23,582 nucleotides of DNA. Source: Bacteriovoracaceae bacterium. Lineage in GTDB: Bacteria; Bdellovibrionota; Bacteriovoracia; Bacteriovoracales; Bacteriovoracaceae. The translations under genes were made by a program, and so were the position numbers. Shown in pieces: positions 15,897-23,582 of the stretch. The notes under the pieces were generated by a model. It worked only from the letters and a program-made list of their open reading frames with translations, was not told the DNA's origin and made no database searches. Each line of letters begins with the position of its first letter. The stretch's first letter is position 1. Where the stretch lies: assembly GCA_049599895.1 (NCBI GenBank), contig JBMYPC010000041.1, positions 1 to 23,582 of the forward strand. Reading direction: 5' to 3'.

Positions 15897-16574
15897 ATGG
15901 CACAAGATTTAGTACAGAAGCTTAAAAACTCGATTGATCAAACTCTGTTAAAACCAAACCATACCTTCAATGATTATAAGAACTTCCTTGAAGAATCTGC
16001 TTCCTATGAGTTTGCAGCGATTTGTATTCCCTCAAGCTATATTTCTCTTACTAAAGAAACCCTAGGTACTGACTCCCTCACTCAAATTGCAACGGTTGCT
16101 GGTTTTCCTCTAGGTTATTCCACATTAGAATCAAAAGTTTTTGAAACTCAAAATGCCATTACTCTTGGAGCTGATGAAGTTGATTATGTTATTGATATCT
16201 CTAAGGCCCGTTCTCATGACTGGAAATCATTAGAAGAAGAAATGCTTGCCATCAAAAACGCTGCCTCTGGCAAAGCTTCAATTAAGGCCATTATTGAAAC
16301 GGCTTACCTCGAGCAAGATGAAAAAAAGAAGCTCTGTGAACTTGTCCTTGAAACCGGTATTGATTACATAAAAACCAGTACAGGATTTGCAAGTTTCGGT
16401 GCAGAACTCGAAGATATCAAACTCTTTTATTCTATTCTAAAAGGCGAAAGAAAAATTAAGGCCTCAGGTGGAATAAAAAACCTAGAACAAGCTTTGAAGT
16501 TTATTGAGGTTGGAGCTGATCGGCTTGGGACAAGTAGTGGTATTTCCATTATTAAAGAAGCCAAGAACGCTTAA
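15897..16574 (+). CDS. deoC: Deoxyribose-phosphate aldolase
   Basis: IDQTLLKP, GFPLG, GADEVD, KAIIET, IKTSTG and KASGGI motifs. Confidence 0.96.
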   Translation: MAQDLVQKLKNSIDQTLLKPNHTFNDYKNFLEESASYEFAAICIPSSYISLTKETLGTDSLTQIATVAGFPLGYSTLESKVFETQNAITLGADEVDYVIDISKARSHDWKSLEEEMLAIKNAASGKASIKAIIETAYLEQDEKKKLCELVLETGIDYIKTSTGFASFGAELEDIKLFYSILKGERKIKASGGIKNLEQALKFIEVGADRLGTSSGISIIKEAKNA

Positions 16575-16582
16575 ATCATTAA

Positions 16583-16728
16583 ACAGGAACATTTCAAAAG
16601 TGTATCGATATGGTGAGATCAAAATATCCTTTTCCTGATGAAGAGTTAGTGTCAAATGTTTGAAGCAAGCTAAAAATGAATATCCGCATCCAAGTGCTGC
16701 TGAAATTGCAAAAGATTGTCGTTACTAG
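16583..16728 (+). pseudogene. Possible frameshifted remnant of a Cys/YPxP repeat protein
   Basis: KCIDMVRSKYPFP (frame 16583-16663) and KCLKQAKNEYPHP (different frame, 16642-16728) share KC-x7-YPxP. Confidence 0.35.
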
Positions 16729-16735
16729 GCAAAGT

Positions 16736-17776
16736 CTAACTAAAAAAGTTTTCGTCAATATTACCGAGATCAATCAGTTCACGAAAGCATTTTGGTGCAA
16801 AACCACTGAATTCGATTTCATTACTCTCTGGATTAAGTTCGAGAATGGTCTGAGAGGTAATTGTATCCCCTTCCATTCCCGTGATCTCCAGGACTTTTTC
16901 AAGTTGTCTTCTTCCTTGGCGATCAAAACCAATCTGAACAATAAAGTCTACCGCCATAGAAATTTGTCTTCGAACGGCCATCATAGGGATATCCGTTGTC
17001 CCCATAAGATAGAGAGTTTCCATTCTGATAAGACATTCTCCAGGTGAATTGGCATGAATTGTCGAAAGACATCCCTCATGACCAGTGTTCATGGCCTGAA
17101 GGAGATCAAACATCTCTGAGCCTCTCACCTCACCTAGAACAATTCGATCGGGCCTCATTCTTAAGGAATTTTTCACAAGATCCCTCATGGTGAGACCCTG
17201 AGTTGAAGCTGATGACTTTCTTGATTCAAGAGAAACCGTATTAGGGAGTCTTATATCAAGTTCTTTTGTATCTTCAATCACCACAACTCTTTGGGTGGGA
17301 TCAACTTCGTGGGCCATAAGATTAAGAAGTGTAGTCTTCCCTGCTCCTGTTCCGCCAGAGATAATAATATTTTTTCTCGCCATCACTAGAGATCTTAAGA
17401 GCTCGACCCATTTTGGTGTGAGTTTAAAAATTCTTTCATCGTGTTCAAACTTTTTAATGAATCTTAGGTACTTTCGAATAGTAATTGCAGGAGACTTTTT
17501 CGCGTAGGGAGTATGAATGACATTAATCCTACTTCCATCTGGAAGATTCCCATCAAGAATAGGATTTCTCTCATCACAGGGCTTTTGATTAATAGTGGCA
17601 ACATCTTTTACGAATTGAAGAATGTCGTCTTCTTTTAATGAAAACTGAAGTTGAATAAACCTTCCTTCTCTTTCAACAAAAACATGTTCAGAGTCATTAA
17701 TGGCGACTTCAGTGATACCTTTTTTCTTTGAAAGTTCTTGCAAAAGACTCCAGACGGAATTCTCTTCAGGGTTCAT
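16736..17776 (-). CDS. cpaF: CpaF/TadA (VirB11-family) secretion/pilus ATPase, short form
   Basis: Walker A SGGTGAGKTT, IEDTKEL Asp box, RMRPDRIVLGEVRG, His box AMNTGHEG..STIHAN. Confidence 0.9.
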   Translation of the reverse strand: MNPEENSVWSLLQELSKKKGITEVAINDSEHVFVEREGRFIQLQFSLKEDDILQFVKDVATINQKPCDERNPILDGNLPDGSRINVIHTPYAKKSPAITIRKYLRFIKKFEHDERIFKLTPKWVELLRSLVMARKNIIISGGTGAGKTTLLNLMAHEVDPTQRVVVIEDTKELDIRLPNTVSLESRKSSASTQGLTMRDLVKNSLRMRPDRIVLGEVRGSEMFDLLQAMNTGHEGCLSTIHANSPGECLIRMETLYLMGTTDIPMMAVRRQISMAVDFIVQIGFDRQGRRQLEKVLEITGMEGDTITSQTILELNPESNEIEFSGFAPKCFRELIDLGNIDENFFS

Positions 17777-18456
17777 TACTTCACTTCCTCTTTTAAAAAT
17801 AAGGCCGCATCTTTAATTGAGGCACAGTACTTTAGCATGGCATCTAAAAACTCTTGCTTGTGGTTGTGTGAGAGCTGGTCAAAATAAAAATCGTAATCGG
17901 TGTTAGATTCAAATTTTTCAACAAACTTCTTTGTTCCTAGAAGTTTTTTAAAAAGACAAAGTGAAAGAATCAAAAAGTCGAGACGAAGTTCTCGAATTTT
18001 TGTCATTTTTACTAATCGAAAAATATCTTCATCTTCAATGAGAGCATTCAAAAGCCCCTCTTCTTCAGGATATTCCCAACCATGAAGTTTAAGATAAAGG
18101 CCTAGAAGAATCACTCTCGAATGTCCTTCAACGGAGAATCTTTGGTACTTTCGATCGAGTTCTAAAATATCTTCAATATCTCCATGTTCAAGAACCTCTG
18201 GATAATGACCATGTTTTTTATAGAAAACAAAAAGAGCGAGCATTTTATTTCGAAATGTTTCCCAACCTAGAGAGTTCACCATTTTTCTTGGGTCTAACTT
18301 TTCATCGTATTCTCTAAAGTTCTTATGAAAAAGCCCTCGAAAGGAAAGATCAGTCCGCATTGCCGTGAAAAGGTCTTTGTAAGCATCACTTCCAGGCTGC
18401 ATATTAACCTTTAAAAACCTTGTAAAGTAATCTGGTAAAGCAACAAATTGATAAAT
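17776..18456 (-). CDS. Hypothetical protein with HDOD-like N-terminus; start may be ATT at 18456 rather than ATG at 18402
   Basis: Frame stays open upstream of the ATG (IYQFVALPDYFTRFLKVN); GAGGT lies 5 nt before the ATT; TAATG coupling to cpaF. Confidence 0.65.
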   Translation of the reverse strand: MYQFVALPDYFTRFLKVNMQPGSDAYKDLFTAMRTDLSFRGLFHKNFREYDEKLDPRKMVNSLGWETFRNKMLALFVFYKKHGHYPEVLEHGDIEDILELDRKYQRFSVEGHSRVILLGLYLKLHGWEYPEEEGLLNALIEDEDIFRLVKMTKIRELRLDFLILSLCLFKKLLGTKKFVEKFESNTDYDFYFDQLSHNHKQEFLDAMLKYCASIKDAALFLKEEVK

Positions 18457-18470
18457 AAGAAACCTCGAAG

Positions 18471-18531
18471 TTTAAAAGCTGTAGTAAACATCTTATAATT
18501 GAAGCTTAAGAGCATCAAGTCTCACATTATA
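18471..18531. promoter_or_regulatory. Candidate face-to-face promoters of the divergent gene pair
   Basis: Plus strand TTTAAA (18471-18476), 17 nt, TATAAT (18494-18499); minus strand TATAAT at 18531-18526. Confidence 0.4.
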
Positions 18532-18557
18532 GCTCGTTGCAAAATAAAGGATAGTCT

Positions 18558-19043
18558 ATGCGGATTCCCATCTACCAAGAAATTAGCTTCGAAAATTATG
18601 AAGCTTCTGAGCTAATCAAAGCGCTTGGTGAGCTTGAACTTGGAAAGCTCCCTTATTATTCGATCCTTCATCACCTCGATTACGAAAAGACTAAAGAGGC
18701 AATTGATAATTTTAATCAGGCCTTTATTACCCTTGGGATTCACCCTCTTTTTCCTTACCCTTTTTACCTTATTACTGAAAAAGTGAAGTCCCATGACCAG
18801 ATTTCGATTTTCGAAAGTATTGATGCTCTCCCCCAGCACTTTTTTAGAAAGGTCAAAAGACTTAAAACCAAAGAACAGGCCGTTCTTCAGCGAGTGAATT
18901 TGAAAGCGGCCAAAATCAAAAACATTGAAATTTATGCAAAATCAGAGGAACTCAAAGACAGGCTTCACCCTCAAAGAGAGCTCTACAATGTTTGTGAAGA
19001 ACTTCAATTCTACGATTACCTTTTAAAGACGATAAAAGATTAA
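18558..19043 (+). CDS. Hypothetical protein (161 aa)
   Basis: AAGGA SD, plausible composition; no recognised domain. Confidence 0.75.
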   Translation: MRIPIYQEISFENYEASELIKALGELELGKLPYYSILHHLDYEKTKEAIDNFNQAFITLGIHPLFPYPFYLITEKVKSHDQISIFESIDALPQHFFRKVKRLKTKEQAVLQRVNLKAAKIKNIEIYAKSEELKDRLHPQRELYNVCEELQFYDYLLKTIKD

Positions 19044-19047
19044 GCTT

Positions 19048-19425
19048 ATGAGTAAGAAAAAAGTTGATACCTCAAAATTTAACAAAGAAACCCGAAAGAA
19101 ACTCCATGGCTTTGAAGATGTTGTGGAACTTCTCCTTGAAGAAAATGAAATTGGCGCCAAGGGCGATAAGATCAGTAAAGAAAAAGTCGCCGATACTTTT
19201 GAGCTCTATGAGTTTCTCCAAGCGGAAGAAAGACGTCTTGATTTTATTACAGAGCTCTTAAGTCGAAAACTTAATAACCTTAAAAAGCATTCCCAAACCG
19301 AGTTATTGATTAAAACTCAAAGGGGAAAGCTTGAGACGCAACGACAGAAGCTTATTGATTCATGCCAAGGAAAAAAATCAAAATTCCAGATCAGTATGCA
19401 AAAGATGTATCAGCGGTTATTCTAG
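19048..19425 (+). CDS. Hypothetical charged, coiled-coil-like protein (125 aa)
   Basis: Starts 4 nt after the previous stop; rich in K, E and L. Confidence 0.7.
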   Translation: MSKKKVDTSKFNKETRKKLHGFEDVVELLLEENEIGAKGDKISKEKVADTFELYEFLQAEERRLDFITELLSRKLNNLKKHSQTELLIKTQRGKLETQRQKLIDSCQGKKSKFQISMQKMYQRLF

Positions 19426-19454
19426 TTCCATCTCTTTTCGACCAGGATTAATCA

Positions 19455-20363
19455 ATGAAGCTTCTTGCGATCTTTTTCGTCTTTTTTATCTCAAATAATC
19501 TCAACGCTAGTGAAAAGTTAATCTCTCTTAGCTTCGATGATGCTCCGAGATCCGATAGCTGGCGCTTTAAAGGAGAAAAACGAGCAGAGATCCTAATAGA
19601 AGCACTTAAAAAGGCGAATGTTTCCCAAACAATCTTCTATGCCAATCCAGGAAAAATAACAACCCCTGAAGGTCTTGAAAGGCTAAAAAAATATCAAAGA
19701 GCAGGTCATCTTATTGGTAACCATACTTTCACCCATCCTTGGGCCAAAAAAGTTACCGTCAAGGAGTATATCGAGGATTTTGAAAAAGCCCATGAGCATC
19801 TTCAAAAGCACAACCTTCTTTCAAAATATTTTCGTTATCCTTTTCTCGACAGAGGAAAAACTTGGCGGGAGATAAAAGAAGTTCACAAACACATCATGAG
19901 TCGCGGCTACATTGATGGCTATGTCACAGTTGATAATTGGGACTGGCATATGGATTCACTCCTTCAAAAAGCTTTGTCGCAAAAAAAAGCAATTGATTAC
20001 AAGCAGCTTGGAAATTTCTATGTTGATACCATCATGGAAAGTGTGAACTTCTATTACGACCTGACTCTTAAAACCTTAAAGAAATCCGCCCCACAAATAC
20101 TTCTTCTCCATGAAAATGATTTGGCGGCACTTTATATCCCTAAACTTGTTGAAAGGTTAAGAAGTGAGGGCTGGAAAATTATTTCTCCAACAGAATCATA
20201 TACAGTACAGGAACTTACTCCACTTCCCAAAACAACTGTGCATGGTCAAGGCCGAATTGTCGCCCTCGCCGCTTCTCGTGGAGAATCAGGAAAATTAAAC
20301 TCTGGTTTTGAAGATTATGAAATTCTTAATCGGCGGTTTAAATCTTACAAAGTCATCAAATAA
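19455..20363 (+). CDS. Secreted CE4/NodB-family polysaccharide deacetylase
   Basis: Signal peptide MKLLAIFFVFFISNNLNA; SFDDAP, GNHTFTHP, FRYPF and LLLHE motifs. Confidence 0.92.
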   Translation: MKLLAIFFVFFISNNLNASEKLISLSFDDAPRSDSWRFKGEKRAEILIEALKKANVSQTIFYANPGKITTPEGLERLKKYQRAGHLIGNHTFTHPWAKKVTVKEYIEDFEKAHEHLQKHNLLSKYFRYPFLDRGKTWREIKEVHKHIMSRGYIDGYVTVDNWDWHMDSLLQKALSQKKAIDYKQLGNFYVDTIMESVNFYYDLTLKTLKKSAPQILLLHENDLAALYIPKLVERLRSEGWKIISPTESYTVQELTPLPKTTVHGQGRIVALAASRGESGKLNSGFEDYEILNRRFKSYKVIK

Positions 20364-20372
20364 ATAAGGACT

Positions 20373-21386
20373 TTAAAAATACTTCCCTATCTCAGCTTCC
20401 TTAATAATTCGCTCTGTTCTTTTTATCCGCTTTGAAAGATTTTTTTTCAAAAACTCATGAAGCATAGGGTTGTCTCTTTTCTCATAAAGCCAACCAGTCA
20501 TTGCAAGCTCTCTTGCGGCAACGAGATAAGGAAGGATCTTAATGTCTTCTTCTGTAAGAGTTTTGTGTTCTTGATAGCCGTTCAGGAGGGCCTCTTTGGA
20601 AAGAGATGACTCTTGCTTTTTAGTCTTTAAAAAATAATTACTGGAAAGATTCACAGCAAGATCATAAAGCTCAAGTCCATAACCACAATCATCGAAATCA
20701 ATGGGCCTCACGCTACCTTTGTTCCAAATCATATTCCCAAAATGAAGATCAGCATGAATGAGAGAGAGCTTGTCGGGGTTTCTTTTTTCGTAACGACTTA
20801 TTTTTTTATAAAGAAGTTTTCTCTGGGCCTCTAATTTTTTGATTTGTTTTGGAAAGTCCTTTGCCATGGCAGGAATTCCTCCAAGGGTTGCTTCTTTTCC
20901 AACTAAACCTTTAGTGTCCCAGTAATTTCGATACTTCGATTTGATGGTGTTGGCCTGCAACTGTCCGATCAACTTACCGACTTCAAAAAATGTTTGAGGA
21001 GTTTTTCGAGTTTTAATATGCCCTTCTTGCCACTCAAGAAGATCGCAATAACGAGGTATCCCTACTTTTTCATTCTGTACAAGTACAAGAAAGCTTCCCT
21101 CATTTGAGGCAATTGGTCTTTGAACAGGAATATCAGTCGTCCGAGATAGAAAATCGAGCCATTTTAACTCTTCTAAAAATGCTTTTTTGGTTCGATGACT
21201 AAGGCAATGAATTCGAAAAAGATAATTCTTTTTTCTTGTGAGGACCTTGAAGGTTGTATTTTCACCGTGGTTGATGAATCTTAATTCATGTTTTCCAATA
21301 GGAAATTGCTTTAACGCCTGTTCAGCAAGAGATCTAAGCCTTCGAACTTGAGATAAATAAGTCGCGTTCTCAAAGCATGTCTTCAT
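20373..21386 (-). CDS. APH/homoserine kinase type II-family phosphotransferase
   Basis: GENTTF, catalytic IHADLHFGN, metal-binding IDFDDCG, YDLAV. Confidence 0.9.
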   Translation of the reverse strand: MKTCFENATYLSQVRRLRSLAEQALKQFPIGKHELRFINHGENTTFKVLTRKKNYLFRIHCLSHRTKKAFLEELKWLDFLSRTTDIPVQRPIASNEGSFLVLVQNEKVGIPRYCDLLEWQEGHIKTRKTPQTFFEVGKLIGQLQANTIKSKYRNYWDTKGLVGKEATLGGIPAMAKDFPKQIKKLEAQRKLLYKKISRYEKRNPDKLSLIHADLHFGNMIWNKGSVRPIDFDDCGYGLELYDLAVNLSSNYFLKTKKQESSLSKEALLNGYQEHKTLTEEDIKILPYLVAARELAMTGWLYEKRDNPMLHEFLKKNLSKRIKRTERIIKEAEIGKYF

Positions 21387-21388
21387 AT

Positions 21389-23542
21389 TTAAAACTTTTG
21401 ACTGATTAATGGAGTCTTTTTCCCATCAAATAAGATCCAAAGCTGATGAATGGCCCTTGTAATCGCTAAATGTAACCGTTTTCGAGCTCGGTTTTCTAAT
21501 GGATAATTTTGATCGTTGGCATCAGGGATGATGACATAATCAAACTCAAGACCACGGATGTTCTCAACCGTGGTAATATCAAGCCCTGGTTTAAGCTTAA
21601 AATCGGCATCATCTACAAGCCTTACGTTTCCAAGTTCAGAGAGAATTTCAAAGTACTCAGCCGCCGTTTTAGCTTTAGAACAAATAATGGCGATACTTGC
21701 TTTAGGCTCTCGAGTCATCAGCTCTCGAAGCGACTTTAAAAGCTCATAGGCCCCGTGGGCATTGTGTTGGATCTGAGTTTCAAAAATAGGGCCTCCAACT
21801 TTGTGAGTTTCAGGAGCTTGAGATGGAGCGATTGGACCAAGTACATGGTGAGCAAGCTCTGTGATATTTTTAGGGCTCCTATAACTGACATTAAGCTCAT
21901 TATGATTCGCATTGGGAAAGCCAAGCTCATTCATCACTTCCTTCCAGCCATAGAAACTTAAATGCTCATCAATTTGTTGAGCAGCATCTCCTGCAACTGT
22001 AAGACTTGCTTTCGGATGAAGAAATTCAGAAATAATTTCAAGTTCAAAGGGATGAACTTCTTGGGCCTCATCAAGAATCAAATGCCTTAACCTTGAAAGG
22101 TTAGGATGAAGATTATGAAGACTTCCCCACTTCATTTTAGCGATTAATAAAAGAATAATAAAATCTTCTTGATCGAGAGAGTCCCTATTTTCTTCTTCAT
22201 CTGAGGCCCCCTGATGATCGAGATACTCTCGATCAAGATCAAAGCCGCCAGACTTTTTCGTTTGATAAATTTTGAGTTCATCAGTGACTTTTTTATGAAT
22301 TTTATCGTCCGAATTCTCTCGAATGACATTGAGAAAGTCTTCTCCGGTAAAAAGATTGAAAAGGTCTTCTCGAAGATTGGAAAAATTATCAATTAACTCA
22401 TTAAGTTTAATTCTTTCGATTTGAGAACACTCTGTCTTGACAAGACCTGTTAATCTCTGAAGAAAGGACTGAGATGAAGGTTCTTTAAACTCCATTAGCT
22501 TTCTTTCGGAGAACTGCCCCAAGGCCTTTTGGACTCTCATCTCTTGTTCAACAATGAGTTTTACAATGGCCTGTTTCACGCTGATATGGCGCTTAATCAT
22601 TTGAACATAAACTGGAGCCGAGTTATTAATCTTTTTTGGAAGTCCTTTAAAGACTCTCCTTGAGAGATGCTCTACCCAATCATTAAGAACCTGAACCTTT
22701 GCTCGTTTCACACCGGCTTTTTCAAGAAGATGCTTTGAAAGTTTCACCAATCCAAGATTTGGCACTAAAACAAGAGACTGGTTAGGATAAACAAGTCTCT
22801 TTTCGATGAGATTCACCATTCGATAAAGAGCAACAGTTGTTTTTCCACTCCCGGCACTTCCGATAATAAGAAGTGGATCTCTAGGGTTTTGATTGATAAG
22901 TTCATATTGCTTTTCATCGAGAAGAGACATGGTATCAGGCCCATTAAAGCCCGTTTTTCCAGTTCCAAACTCGCCATAAGAGCTTTTCTCTCCACCTTTT
23001 AATTCATAGGAAATATCAGAGATCTCTTGCCAAGAATTCTCATCCTCACGATAAAGATAGGATTTTCCGGCGCGATCGATTCGAAGAAGCTTTCCTTCTA
23101 AAATAGTCAGTACTGATTTTTCTAAAATTGTCCCCGTCACCTCACGGTCACCGACCTCGAACTCAAATTCATCACCGATATCATGTCCGTAAAAGACTTT
23201 GGCAAGACTTGCTTTTTTCCAATCAACTATTCTAACCGGTGAAGCAGGATCAGAGAATCCACATTGCCCAATAAAAAGATCTTTATCTTTACTCCCCTGG
23301 CGAATTTTAAGATGCCCAAAATAAGGAGACTCAACGTCAGGAAAGGCATTGCTGTCCATTAATTTATTGGCAAGAGAATGGAGAATATTAAGCTGGTCTA
23401 AAATTGAAGGAATATCTTCAGACTTTGCCTCTTTCACTTCATTGTTTAATTGCTCGATTGATGTTTCAAGTTCTCTCAGAGACTCTAAGTTTTTATTGGG
23501 AGTTGTGCGGATCACCTCTTTCATTTTCTCGAGAGTGTCCAC
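21389..23542 (-). CDS. HelD-like SF1 (UvrD-related) ATPase
   Basis: N-terminal PYFGHL and IVDWK; Walker A GSAGSGKTTVALYR, LDEAQE, AGDAAQQ, SYRS, RGLEFD, AITRA; GTG start. Confidence 0.85.
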   Translation of the reverse strand: MDTLEKMKEVIRTTPNKNLESLRELETSIEQLNNEVKEAKSEDIPSILDQLNILHSLANKLMDSNAFPDVESPYFGHLKIRQGSKDKDLFIGQCGFSDPASPVRIVDWKKASLAKVFYGHDIGDEFEFEVGDREVTGTILEKSVLTILEGKLLRIDRAGKSYLYREDENSWQEISDISYELKGGEKSSYGEFGTGKTGFNGPDTMSLLDEKQYELINQNPRDPLLIIGSAGSGKTTVALYRMVNLIEKRLVYPNQSLVLVPNLGLVKLSKHLLEKAGVKRAKVQVLNDWVEHLSRRVFKGLPKKINNSAPVYVQMIKRHISVKQAIVKLIVEQEMRVQKALGQFSERKLMEFKEPSSQSFLQRLTGLVKTECSQIERIKLNELIDNFSNLREDLFNLFTGEDFLNVIRENSDDKIHKKVTDELKIYQTKKSGGFDLDREYLDHQGASDEEENRDSLDQEDFIILLLIAKMKWGSLHNLHPNLSRLRHLILDEAQEVHPFELEIISEFLHPKASLTVAGDAAQQIDEHLSFYGWKEVMNELGFPNANHNELNVSYRSPKNITELAHHVLGPIAPSQAPETHKVGGPIFETQIQHNAHGAYELLKSLRELMTREPKASIAIICSKAKTAAEYFEILSELGNVRLVDDADFKLKPGLDITTVENIRGLEFDYVIIPDANDQNYPLENRARKRLHLAITRAIHQLWILFDGKKTPLISQKF

Positions 23543-23582
23543 TTGAAAACTAATGTAATCGTTATCTGAAAAGTTTGAGATA

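Noticed and set aside
15870..15905. Longer N-terminus of the second kinase given in the ORF track
   Set aside because: It would overlap deoC head-to-head; the ATG at 15869 has an SD.
16676..17047. 123-aa plus-strand ORF
   Set aside because: Almost entirely antisense to cpaF, with no SD or motif.
21389..23542. Helicase as an anti-phage defence component (e.g. Gabija GajB)
   Set aside because: No partner nuclease or OLD-family ATPase is adjacent within the window, and the motifs fit HelD better.
1725..23546. Many 60-120 aa ORFs nested in or antisense to the main genes
   Set aside because: Typical shadow ORFs with no motifs, SDs or coupling.

Overview
AT-rich bacterial chromosome window, mostly housekeeping genes. 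The gene style suggests Bdellovibrionota (Bacteriovoracaceae/Halobacteriovorax-like); this is an inference. Left to right: infC-rpmI-rplT (minus), a hypothetical, a PlsB-like acyltransferase, an IMPDH/GMP-reductase-family gene and a small membrane protein. Next is a plus-strand haem operon, hemA-hemC(+HemD-like domain)-hemL-sensor kinase-OmpR regulator-hemE, organised like the Leptospira hem/HemKR locus. Then come a secreted double-LysM protein, a REP/REPIN-like palindromic repeat element with an exact 44-bp duplication, fabI, a second similar two-component system and deoC. The right part has an orphan CpaF/TadA ATPase coupled to an HDOD-like gene, two hypotheticals, a secreted polysaccharide deacetylase, and a HelD-like helicase coupled to an APH-family phosphotransferase. 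No CRISPR, rRNA, tRNA, transposase or prophage was seen. Best leads: the HemKR-like circuit with a candidate operator, the HDOD-like/CpaF module with a probable AUU start, the repeat element, and the HelD-kinase pair.
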